A stretch of 64,000 nucleotides of DNA, taken from the NCBI GenBank assembly GCA_964106915.2, contig OZ066916.1. One strand, 5' to 3'. The position numbers and the translations under genes are program-made. The first letter of the stretch is position 1; the number at the start of each line of letters is the position of its first letter. Below are positions 50,103 through 62,858 of the stretch, piece after piece. The DNA is from Podarcis gaigeae (taxonomy: Eukaryota). Below the pieces are notes generated by a model. The model ran no database searches. It was not told the origin of the DNA and was given only the letters and a program-made list of their open reading frames with translations.

Positions 50103-53100
50103 ATAAGGAATTTTAGCTAAGAATGGTACATGCTTAGCAGCAAGAACAAGCTCCAGAAATCAAGATTCCAAAGTGCATCTGGAAGGCTAGAGGTTCATAA
50201 GCAAACAGTAGGTACAAAGATGGCCCACAAGTTGACATACCCCTCACACCAAGCTTTGAATGATGAGGCAGGGCAAGCTCACTATGGCACTCTCCAGCCC
50301 TAAGGGCCTACTGCATGTGCACACGTGTGCTCTTTCTGGGCAGGTGCATCGTATCTACGAAGGTGGTTCTTGGTTCCAAGACTGTGTCCTGCCCCTCTGC
50401 CTCCAGCTCTGCTGCCACCTCCTTCAAACTATGATCTGGAAACCAAGCCAGTATGTTTTAACTAAGCCAAACTGTATAAATATTAAATTTAGTCTGTGGT
50501 TATTTAACTTTACTATTAACTGAAGATTTATCCACTGATTTTATGTTTCACTGCCATACACTGAAAAAAATGCATACATTAGTACCCAAAACTATGACAC
50601 CCCTGCTGAACATTGTCTCTTTCAGAGCAGAATCTATTTATGGCCACAATCTAGTGCACAGTGAAAGCCTGTCCCACTGTATATCTTCTCACTCTGTGCA
50701 GTGTGAAGTTGCTGTTCCAAAACGCTGCAGCCTAGCTTTTGAACAGGGTGCCTTGTAACGAGCATATTATCCTGGCTGTTGCCATCGTTAAGTTACGTTG
50801 TTTGTTCTGGCCTGTAAAATCTTTAAAGAATCTGCCATCAGAGTGCCTTCAGAATTGTCTTGCCTCCCTATATATACTCAGGCTGTCTGAGAAAGCTCTC
50901 TGGTTGCTGCAGCCTCATGAGATTGAATTGAAGCTACAAGTAGCCCTTTTGATACTGTAGCCCTTTAGGAATTTTGTTCCCAATGAATCATAGCAGAACG
51001 ACTTGTCTTTTAGAGTTTAGACAGGTGGTTAAATTGCAGACCATGGATACTGGTATGTCTCAGACCCAAATTCCCAAAGAGATTATAACGACAGGTTGAT
51101 TTTGAATTCAACTAAGAAGGGAACTCATCCATGCAGTTCTGTTATGGATTCCTGCATACGGAGAATTCCCATAGGCTCAGCAGATTTTGTGATGAAAGTT
51201 TTTTGAAGGCAAATCAGTTAATTTAAAAATGCTTCCATCTGCCAGATCTAAAATCACAGTCAAATCAGTTTAGCTGGGCTACTTGATAAATTATGGTATA
51301 CTGGATGCTTAATATCACACTATTTAATAGATCATTGATGGCCAACTTGTGGGACTCCAGCTTCCATCATCCCTGACACTGGCCATGTTGACTGAGGATG
51401 ATGGGAGTTGCAGTCATCATTCCTGCTACATATATAACCATTTTATGGGGGGGGGTGTACCTATCTATCTGAGTGGAAAAGAAATCACAGAAAATGGTTT
51501 GAAAATGTCAAAACATTAACTGCCATATCAACATTGTGTAAAGTTCATTTTCAATTTATTTTAAAATTATAAAATAGTGTTGTCTTCAAAGTAAGAACAG
51601 CCTGCAGCAGTTTTCTAACATATCCCTCCTAACAATTTAGCTCCACATCCTTTGCACACTAAAAATAAACCTTTGAGGCCCAATAAAAAATGTTTGGCAA
51701 AATCTAGCTCTATAATAAAGCACACCAGGCTATATATTAAACTTTCATTGGATTTCAGCCACTATTTTTGAGATTACATAATCAAGATAAGGATATAAAT
51801 GGCTACTAGCCCCAATGGCTACATTTTGCTTCTAATTCCAGAGGCAGAATGCCTATAAATACTAGTTGCTGGGAATTACAAATGGGTAGAGTGTTGCTAT
51901 GCTCATGGCCAGCTTACAGGCTTTCCGCAGGAAGCAAGCAGCTACACAGACTGGATCAGCTTTGTCATTTGATGCTCAAGTTAGAAGTGCCTTTTCATGG
52001 CTTTATTAAGATCTGATTTAATGGGTTTACAATGGAAAGAGAGGCTATCTGAAAAGGTATCTGGAAGACACAATACATTTTCCTGAACATAATTTCCAGT
52101 ATTGTTGTAGGACAACGGTGGAAACTGATATACATTGTTTTAATTTAGACCCACACCATTACCCAGCCTCATGGGACTACGAGTCTGGGAGAAAACAAGT
52201 ATTGATAAATGACAACAGAGCTAACTTAATCAACTTTTATTCTTAAATTGTATTTAATCCAATCTCCAGAGGACTGGCTATGGTGATGTAAGAGAAACAT
52301 TCAGCTGACCTAATGGGACTTCCCTTTTCTTATTGTTTCACCTGCAGCCCCCCATGAACACTCAAAATCTCCTCCAGTGAATTGGGGAAACTTCCTGAGC
52401 AGAAATCCGGGGGGGGGGGGGAGCAGGGAATAGAGGAGAAGGTTAAGTCCAGTCATGAGACATTGGATGACACCTTTAAGCTTGATTTAATCCAATCATT
52501 ACTTTATACATCTCATTCATCAATAATATACTGGTGATTTCTAAAATTACAATAACTTCACCATACTTAATTGTGTCTGTCAAACCATAGCAGGCTCAAG
52601 ATAAGAATAACCAATATTTCCAGACCAAAGCACTCCATTCCCCTATATGCCATAATGGAAAATGGAGGTAAAATGATTATTTTTCCATTCTAACTCTAGT
52701 GCTCCAATCAAAAAAGTTACTTCCAGCTTCTACTTATGTTTGAGCCAATGCCTAAAATATTTAAGAGAAGTGAGAACCCTTTAACAGTGGGTGGATTTCA
52801 GCAAGTGTCATCTGATCCAAGGTTGACACATGATTCCTAGGGTAGCAATAACATTGTGTATTTCAAATTTCAGGGTAGTAGTTTGTCTAGGGCAGAGACA
52901 CAGAATAGGAAATTCTCAAGGCACTTTATCTTCAAAATAAAGTGTTACCAACACCAGGTGTCCCCATTTACTGAGATACAGCTTATTAAATTCAGCACAG
53001 GAATGTTTGCAACAGTTGCTGCTCAACTTTTTCAAGAACTTATTTTTTCCCCCTTTCAAAATTAAATATAGCTCACCTACCTAGGGGAGCACCAAACTGA

Positions 53101-53525
53101 CTACTCCGCTAAAAACAATGATGCTCAGATAGTTCATGAGTTGCTTTAATTTTGTGACTTGCAGAATCACAAGTGCCTTGTGCTTTTGATTCCCCACAAT
53201 TAGAGTGAACGTTGGAAGTGGAACTTGTGGCGAGATCCGTGAACTCCAGGGGGAAGGAAAGGCACAGAGGCTGCTGTGAGCTACACAATTAAAGTGACCC
53301 ATGAAAAGGCTCAACATCTGTAACATCACAGCTGTTGAGATTTCTCCTGCTAACAAGCAATGGAACTGTAAAGGCAGCTTGTACAAAACCACTGCTCTTC
53401 TATTTATAAGACCACCTCTGACACTGGGTTCTCATGCAACTTTAGAGATGAGTTGGAGATACAGCAACACTGTTTCTTCTTGGGCCACCTACTAATGTGA
53501 GAAAACAGATTCCTATTCCGCAGCT

Positions 53526-54510
53526 CAGGGGTGGAGAACCTTTTTGGTTCAGCAAGGCCACATTTCCCCACACTGAGGGCCAACTTTGAGAGGTGGGCAG
53601 GACCACACACCTGTCAGCCATATGACATCATGATCTCATTGAGTGATTGGTGAGTGGCTTGTCCCATCAGTGTAGGTCCAATGGAGTGGGTGGGGAGATA
53701 GAGACTAATCATAATTAAACGGTGCATCAGCTGACAAGCAGAGAGTTCAACCCTGCTTCCTGCAGGGACTTCCTGGTCCTGAATGGGGTAACTGTGCCCC
53801 TGAAAGACCAAGTGCACAGCCTGGGAGTCATTTTGGACTCACAGCTGTGCATGGAGGTGCAGGTCAATTCTGTGTCCAGGGCGGCTGTCTACCAGCTCCA
53901 CCTGGTACGTAGGCTGAGACCCTATCTGCCTGCGGACTGTCTCGCCAGAGTGGTGCATGCTCTGGTTATCTCCCGCTTGGACTACTGCAATGCGCTCTAC
54001 GTGGGGCTACCTTTGAAGGTGACCCGGAAACTACAAATAACCCAGAATGCAGCAGCCACACTGGTGACTGGGAGCAGCCGCCGAGACCATATATTGGTCT
54101 TGAAAGACCTACATTGGCTCCGAGCACAATTCAAAGTGTTGCTGCTGACCTTTACAGCCCTAAACGGCCTTGGCCCAGTATATCTAAAGGAGCGTCTCCA
54201 CCCCCATCGTTCAGCCTGGACACTGAGATCCTGCACCGAGGGCCTTCTGGCGGTTCCCTCCCTGAAAGAAGTAAGGTTACAGGGAACCAGGCAGAGGGCC
54301 TTCTTGGTAGTGGAGCCTGCCCTGTGGAACGCCCTCCCATCAGATGTCAAGGCAATAAGCAACTATCCTACTTTTAAAAGACATCTGCAGGCAGCCCTAT
54401 TTAGGGAAGTTTTTAATGTTTAATGCTGCATTATGTTTTAAATATTTGATTGGGAGCTGCCCAGAGTGGCTGGGGAAGGCCAACTAGATGGACAGGGTAT
54501 AAATAACTTT

Positions 54511-54546
<36 letters not shown>

Positions 54547-54845
54547 TTTTCAGGTGTGCCAATGATTTCTCCACAGGCAACTCGTTTGCACACCCAAACT
54601 AAGCAGGACTGAACTCCCAACAAATTAGCTGGTGCGTGGGGCTTTAAATTCTGCTTTCTGCAGGGATTACTGTATGGCCAGATGATCCAGCCATGTACCA
54701 GCTCCATATCTGACATCACATCTGATATCAGGTGTGGGGCAGGTGGGTATCATCTGAGGGAAATGGGCTAGAAGGCTAAATGTGGGGGAATGGAACTGGC
54801 AGTCCATCCAAATTTGACCCAAGGGTTAGAGGTTCTCCACTCCAG
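53526..54845. mobile_element. Old non-autonomous hAT element split by an L2 insertion
   Basis: TIRs CAGGGGTGGAGAACC (53526-53540) and GGTTCTCCACTCCAG (54831-54845), 13/15; flanks CCGCAGCT / CTGTAGCT (6/8). Confidence 0.65.
53765..54550 (+). mobile_element. L2 LINE, 5'-truncated: C-terminal part of the RT-containing ORF2, 3' UTR and (ATTT)n tail
   Basis: ORF 53722..54423 has the L2 motifs SLGVILDSQL, VHALVISRLDYCNALYVGLP, KLQITQNAAA, LHWL, FKVLLL, RAF...PALWNALP and FKRHL. (TATT)n tail at about 54512-54550. No YADD motif or endonuclease domain. Confidence 0.93.
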
Positions 54846-55721
54846 CTGTAGCTCTTTCCCACACCAGCATTAAGGTTGCTCAGAGTTGCTAGTCTTCCTG
54901 CAGGTCTAGTGCTTTTCACATGATACCACTGTTGCAGGATGGAGCACTGCTGCTTGTGATCTCATGTATCCCAGCCTGAATTGTATGTTTGTCAGGATTT
55001 CATCAATCTCAGGAGATGGTAAATAAAAACCAATAGGCTAGCTTGACAAAGAAATAGACTGGGGTAGAAGAATGTTCTCTGACACATGCAATTCCTAGGT
55101 TTGATCACCTTTTTAAAGTTTATTTATTTAAATGCTTAAAGAATAAATTAAACTTTTCCTCCTTTCCCCCCCATGCAACTCCCTTTTCTGACAAGGAACT
55201 CTGAAATAACATTTTAATTGTTTTGGCTATGATCTTCTTATGAAAAGCTACTTAAGTAAACCAATAGGTCGTTCCGGAGCTATTAGTAACTGCTTTTCTG
55301 GGGCTACAGATGACCACAGCAGGGACGAGAAGGAAGTGAAACTCCATTCCACAAGAAATCCTCTCAATTCAAGTCATTGTGAATTAGGGTGGGGGTGGGG
55401 AGTGTGACTGGTTTGCTAATGTCGCCTTGCAAGTTCATAGCACAGCTTGCATATAAACCTCCAGCTACTTGGCCCACAGCATATACTCTTAGCTACAGCC
55501 ATGCACCAATTCTCATAGGGTGGGGAAAATCCCCTGTAACAGAATAAAGGTGCCACTTCCCTTTGAGAAATTACTACTGGTTGAATTCTTAGCTGAACTC
55601 TAAAGCCAGCACAGGTGATCTAAACATATGGGTTGCAGAAAGAAAAAAGCACATTCTAAAATTAGGTTTTAGCAGTACCGTATCACAGTAAATCGAGAAT
55701 AGAGTCTAGAACAAACAATAC

Positions 55722-56015
55722 CTGCACACTTGGTCCGGGTGATAAGCGGTGGACCTGGTTGACCAGTGCCACCTTCTCCAGGTCTGGTTAGAAGAACACG
55801 AATTTCATACTCTGTGTCTGGGTCCAAATGCCATAGCTTGTAAGTTGGTGCATTTACAGCATGGGTTTCTGTCCAGGTCCCAGTTGTCATATGGTATTCC
55901 ACTTCTTTTAGGATAATCGGCCCATCTCCAATAATGGAATTCGCATTCAACTGAATCAGCAAGTAAGTTGGTCCAACTCCAAGCAGTTGTGGGGGTGCTA
56001 TTGGTCGAGGTGGCT
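55722..56015 (-). CDS. PTPRK: PTPRK coding exon (exon 7 equivalent), FN3 repeat 1, 294 nt
   Basis: Acceptor TGTGTCTTACAG|AG CCA, donor GCA G|GTATTG. Encodes (E)[97 protein letters not shown], within ORF 55669..56028. Confidence 0.97.
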
Positions 56016-59000
56016 CTGTAAGACACAATTATAAGAGCTGAGTCAGAAAGATAAATATTGGCATAAGGCCTGGATCTTAAATGAGTAAACAACAGCAATG
56101 TAAGGAAGTATGTGAATATTTAACACACACAACTAACAATATCAGCTGATAAAAAACATGAAACGCCGGAATATATTTCAATACTTCTGTTAAATTGCCT
56201 TTAGTATTAGGGGACCAACAGAGAGAATAAACTATAACAATGGAGATTCTGCCTACAGTAGCATTGCCTAGGAGTGATTTACTTCAGGAAGCAATTAAAA
56301 GCAACACACACTTTCCTGAATAAAATGAATCCACTAATAAACACACAGGCTTCATTTTCATTCCAGATGGCTCATATTTTGGCTAATTTGTTTCAGTTAA
56401 TTAGGCATCAATGCTAAATTCAAGGCACATGGGGGTTTCACAATCAGCAGTATTGCAACGCAGCAAATCCAAAAAGCTGGATAGACAACTAGAAAAATAT
56501 CTAACCTAAATAATCTATTAGGATATCCCACATGTGTTTAATCTCTTGAAAGAAACGCTAGGGAACATTAAATAACTCCTTCCTTCTGTGTCTACTGTAT
56601 GAACAACTGGATGTAAGCCCCACAGGAAATTCATCTACTGCATCAAAGTCCAGAAGGCTGATCTTATTGTATTTTATATTGTAAGCTAGTTTGATATATT
56701 TTGTGAAAAGTGGAGAAGATAAATAGTATATCTATATAAAAAACATCAACAAACCAATAACCCTATGTTTCCAGGTACTTATTGTATAAAGGGTCATCTC
56801 CAGGTGAAGATGGGGGAGAAATGTGCACTTTCTGGAACAATATGCAAAATGAAAAGCAACCATTCTTCAAAATTCTTTTGTGAATTTTGCAATGTAGTGT
56901 CTTGTACCAAAGAAAATAACATATAAAAATGCATTATACTGGGGGTTATTGGATGCAAAAATAGCGCTTAGATGCTGATGCGTTTTAATGAGGATATTTT
57001 ACAAAACATTTGCAAAAATATGGATAACTGAATTTAAGATAGGAAAAATGAGAAAAAGTGAAATTTACCAATCATTCCATTCCCTTCTCCAGGACTCTGT
57101 GATCTCCTAATGATTGGCTAATATTGTTGGAATGGTTTTATTTGCTTATCATTTGAATAGATCTTTCAGAATCATAATTAAAAACACCTACCATTCAGCT
57201 TTCATCTACTGAATAAAAAGCAATTGTGTTGTGTCATAACTTTGGACAAACATATTTGGACAAATAAACAAGCTGAACAATAAGCACAGTCTTTCTCAGG
57301 AAGAAGCATTTTTCCAGCTCTAGATAGAATGGCTACCACCTGCTCTTCTTTAGTTATTTTTTCTCCCGACAGGGTTGGCAAAGAGGATACAACTGAGGGA
57401 GCCAATGCCCCACTTTGCCCTTGCCCCTCTCCAGCTCTATGTGAGCAATGCAAGGAAGCAATATTGGAATACTGTTGTAGAGGGTAGAGGACTCCCAGTC
57501 TTATCTGTTCCAACCAAAAGTGGGTGTTACACTAGAAAAGGGAAACCCACCAACTCTGGTTGCTTCTTCCATACTCTGGGGTCCTTCAGTCCTATCTAAG
57601 GCACAATTAAAACAGTAGTTCCATACAACACTTAATACAGTGCTATACAGCCATTGTTTTCCTCACACCCATGATCTTTCTATAATGTTTACTCATAAAT
57701 AAATCCTGGTAAGCAACCATCCCCTGCCACTTGATTCAATACCTTCCCCTTTGCAGGCTTTTCCTCTTTCTTATCATTTCTTGCTCAGCAGGTGTACATC
57801 AGAGTGGGGAACCTACATCGCATTGTTGTCATGGGGATTAAATGAGGAAGGGGAGAACCATGTATAGGCCACATTGAGCTCCATGAAGATAAAAGGTGGA
57901 ATGTAAATGCAATGCAATGAATGAATGAATGCTGCAGCAACAAGTCTTAGTGGATCTTGGCATGCCCACCAGCCTAGGTGCTACTGTCCTGGCCTGTTGG
58001 CCACTGATGCTCTCTGGGAACACCCTGGGGTGCAGGGCTCTGGACTTTGGCCTGACGGTCCAGCTCTAGCTACGACACTGTGTGGTATGTCCACATTTTA
58101 CTCTTATCTCCTATCATGCAATACTTTGCAAAAATATAGTTTCAGAAATTGAATTGGGATTTGCTGAGATAATCCGCTAGAGTTTGTTAATCAACCTTGT
58201 GAGTCATAGCAATGGGATAGCAAGCTAAAAGATGAGCCCCTTCTGTCTCCTTAAATTAAGAGTTGCTAGAGGCTATATACCTATAAAGCTGTCATGGAAT
58301 ATACGTATGAAAACGGTGCGATATAAACCCAATGTCTAACAGCTTCAGACTTTGCCCACTAACTTCTGTTTAAAGATGCAAAAAGTTTCAGGTTACTTGC
58401 AATAGGAAAGTAAACTCTGTAATTTTGAAATTATAATTGGGGAATATTTGATAGCTCGGGTTGTAGAATAAGGAATGAGAACCATTAATAGGAAACTTAA
58501 TTAGGTAACATCAGAAAAGTTTATCTGGTATATTGGGACTGCATGCTTCAGTTGTCATTTAGTGTACTTTTGGGATTCTTAGTTACACCACACCTCTGGC
58601 TCTGATAGAGTATTGTGTTATGAAGAATATTAATAATACTGCTCAACAATTACTGGTTCATTTAATAACTGATTAAAATTCATGCATAATTTACTGAAAC
58701 ATGCAGAGACTTTATAAACATCTCCTTGTCTTCAAGAGCCTAAAACCAAAATGTATATGCTAATATAAAAATATTCTTTGTGCCTCCAACCTAAGAAAAA
58801 TGTATTATGCAGTGATATATTATCCTTATGAATGCATAGTTTAATCCACAACAAGCATGCTGTTAATTGAAGTATATTTTTCTAAACATAATATCCTGGT
58901 CTTTGAAGTCAGAGGTTGAGGGCATCCCCAATTAGGAATCAGTGGGAAAAATGCCTAAAGTGAGACACTGTATCAGTTATAAAACTCCTCTCGAGAATCA

Positions 59001-62000
59001 GATGTTGCCTGCATTTTTAACTCTATTTCAAGATAAAATTCCACACTAGCAGAGCTGGTGGAATAGTATTCTGCACAGTTTAGTGTTTGTTCTTAATGTG
59101 ATTGACCTTCATAAGCTTGACATTTAACATCTTAATTTCACAGCAAATGAACTGTCATCATGAATGCTAGCTTCATCATTGAGATTAGATTCAGTTGGAG
59201 GTCCAAATTAGCTTTAAATATACATTGTGCATTGGAGGGGGAAATCTTATGAAGAATTAGTTTGTTTTGAATTTAGGTTCATAGAATCTGGGGATTCCTT
59301 CTACTAGGAAAACTGCATCACAATTTATCTCCTGTGATGATTTTTTTTTTTTTAAGTTTGCTTCCACACTGTTTAATCAGGAACCAAAAGTGGGGCAGCT
59401 AGTGCTGGCATTGACACTGGTATGTGAGCATCTACTGGGGCTGATACTGGCATGTAGCAACCTTTATTCTTTTAATAAACAAATATGTTCATGGTGCAGC
59501 TAGCATGTACAAAGTTCAAGATGAGGACCTTTGTTCGTTTTTACTGTTAAACTATTATATGTATTTTCACAACCAAATGGTGTTTATTCCGTAGTTAATG
59601 TGGTTAGCATCAGAAGTAAATGTCAGTTACAAGCTTGTGGAAACACTGGGATCATGTACTGGGGGGGATAAAACTCCACTTGTATATAAAATGACAGCAA
59701 AGAGACATATGGCACCTTAAAGGCAGCCTGGAATTGACCAGCACGTTGAGTCCTGTACCCCCAAAAAAGGACATTTGAGATCACCGTACTATGGAAGACA
59801 TGAAGTAGCCAACACTAATTCTGTATCACATTTTGCAAGCAGTACCATCAATTTAGAAATAAAGTATACTCAGGTGTCATAGCAATCTGGAAAGAAAATA
59901 TGTGGGGTGGAGGGCAATAGGGCAGGGGCAGAGCTAGCTCACTCACCCCACTTTTCACACTCCCCGTCCATGGTTGGATGGGGCTAATGGTGAAGGTGGG
60001 AGATCTGCTACAGTCGTCTCTGGATTATGAATCCTATTCAAAACACAAGCATACAGTCACAATCACAAATACTGTGTGTCTCTGTCTGTAAATGCAGAGA
60101 GAGACTGAGATCCTAGTCAATCTAAGGAGGTCCACAGAAAACTGACAGAAAGGGTCCCCAGGATGCAGCACTACTGAAAGAGAGATAGGATTGAACTGGG
60201 CTTTCTCCAAACACACACTGGTTTAAGCTCTTTCCTACCAGATCACATTCCTTATTGATGTAAGGACTGTATGCTATTGACCAGGGCAGTTAATCAACAG
60301 CCAGCCTGTTCATTTTGAAGTCACTGAGCTCCCTTGTGATCCCAGGAGCTCAGCACAAAGATAAAAAATTAGGGCAACATGGATTTCCGTCCTTTGCTCC
60401 TGACACCCCACTGGGCATTCTATTGGGAAATCCCCTTCACAAACCACTCCAAAAATTAAGTTCCCAAATCAGCACCCTGCCTAAAATGGTAATAGAAAAA
60501 GTGCCATGTGCTATAGTCTACTAGAGAATAAGGCCTTGTTCTTGTTTTAACATCAACCAAGTGTTTCCCTTTAATGGTGGACAACCACTTTATGGGATTT
60601 GTTAACTCCATTCATCCAGAGATTTTTCAACAATTTCTCCAGAGAACCAACAAGACTTTGTGACTCTTTTCATTTCTATTATGATTTGTATTATGCAGTA
60701 CAGGCTTTCATTCAGACGCAAAGGAGAATGCTACCAAGCATGTACAGACATTCTCAATAGCCTGTTCTTTGATTTGTTGATAACAACATATTGTGCAAGC
60801 CACGTGGATGCAGACGGCAAAAAGCAGAGCCTTTGCAGCACACAAAATCATTCCGCCTGGAAACAGAAAGCATAAGAAGAGCCCAGCTGGGGTGGGGTTT
60901 GTTTCTAAATTACCTGTTTTATGTTTTATTCTGCCAATTTTTATGTTAAAATTCAATAAAGATCTATACGATTAAAAAAGAAGAGTCCTCTTAGATCTGG
61001 TCAAAGGCCTATCTAGTCCAACATCTTGTTCTTATAGTGACCAATCGGATGCCAAGCCCACAAACAGGACCTGCGCACAACAGCATTCTCCTCACACTAC
61101 TTTTGTTCAGCCATACTGAGATTAGCAGCCCCTCAGCCCTGCCTCTTCTCAACTGCTTAGTAGTGTCTCCTCTGCATTTGCCCCCTGCCATGTTAATTAA
61201 ATGTTTCACAACTAGGTGTCTGAGGCAGAAGATGCATAGATTCTGTCTCCCAACTGAAGGACACTTAGGAAACTTTCCTCACTTACAGGTGATGACAAAT
61301 ATGACCAGGGGGAGGAAGGTGTGGACACAAGGGGCCTGATAGATAAGAGTGGTATAACTGTTTAACAGCTGAATCATGAAAGCAGACTTGCAGTGTCTGT
61401 GTTTACATCAGTGCTCAGTCATAGACTGTGACCTATGAAAATCCAGCACAGCCCCCAGAAACCCCAAGACTTTGATCACATCTTTTTGGAACTGATTCCA
61501 TGTGCAAGTTAAGTACAAGGCATGATACCAAAACTGGGCAAGAAGCCAGAGATAACAATGAACAAGTATTGGCTGCATTTACATGAAACACTAAACCAAC
61601 ATTTGGCACTCTGTGGATTAGATGCAAAGATCAAAGATCTGGTCTCACCCATTCCTTCTTTTCCTTGCACAGCCAGGAGGCAAACCTCTATAGAAATTAG
61701 TTTTACTTGTTACAAAGCCAGGAATATTGGGTTACACTAAACTGCGGTTAGTTAAACAAGCCAGCATATAACTTATGGCTTGAAGTTGGCTTGGTTTTGA
61801 AACTGATCAGATTTGCTGTAAGCCAGGATTCCTGGTTTGCATGACAATGACAAGCCAGAATTCTTTGCAAATTCTCCTCCTCTTTCCAGCCACACAGGAA
61901 GAGGAGAGATGTGTTCATCAACTTAGTGTTAAGTCATGACTTGGAATTATTATCATTTTTAAATGTATTACCCACTCTTCACCAGCAGGTCTTACACATC

Positions 62001-62833
62001 TCAGGTAGAGGAATTTAGGACTGCAACCTCTGGGACTTCTAACAGTTCCCAGCAACAATCAAAATTCAGCACTCTGAGTCAGTTGTGGTTTTTTGTTTTC
62101 CTTAGGTTTGTACATCCTATTGACTTTTTGAAGTTGTATTCTCAAAAATTTATAAACTTTTAAAAAAAAATCAGAGAAGGGTGTGTGTGTGTTTACCATA
62201 GTTCAGTGCAGTCATGGAAGCTCCCACTTAATATGCCAACTTTATGTATAACATACAAAAGTCATACACAACTGTATAGCTGGGAGCATTTAATCTTAGT
62301 GACTCAGTGTCTCCTGACTGCCTGGCATGCTGAACTACGAAGAATGATTTTGCAGTGGAAACTGCTAACTCCTGCATATTGAATTTCACAACCTGCGCAT
62401 CACCGTGGCATTTTATTCACCTCAATTTGAAACATCACTGCAATCATTTTACAATCTGTCCTTATATAATAAAAAAGGATCAGTCCTTTAGCACTAGGCA
62501 CTGTCAGCAGAAGTTAAAAGCAGGATTCGCTTCGTGTCCATTGCACATGTGACCTTCTTATTTAAATAAAGCAGTCATTCACTTCAGCTTAAGTGCAAAA
62601 CACACACACTAAGAATTGAAGAATTCTGGGGCCGGGTGTTTGTTTTTGAGTTCACAGTCCTTCCAAGCAACCCTGTCGCCACCACTTCTGGTTACCTCCC
62701 CCAGATTTGTAGTATACCGTAATTTGAGGGTAATTTGATGATAATTTGAGAGGGGTCCTTTTGTTGCTGCCATTATTAAACAATTGAGAGTCAGGAGTCA
62801 TTGCAATCTACTCTCTACCACACAACAATCAAG

Positions 62834-62858
62834 GTGTGTGTGCGCACGCGCACACACA
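62834..62858. repeat. Alternating purine-pyrimidine inverted repeat
   Basis: TGTGTGTGCGC-AC-GCGCACACACA: perfect 11-bp arms with a 2-nt spacer. Confidence 0.85.

Noticed and set aside
53722-54423. 233-aa ORF as a host gene or active reverse transcriptase
   Set aside because: It is the C-terminal part of L2 ORF2 only. It starts at GTG in flanking DNA, lacks the catalytic motif and endonuclease, and ends in a LINE tail.
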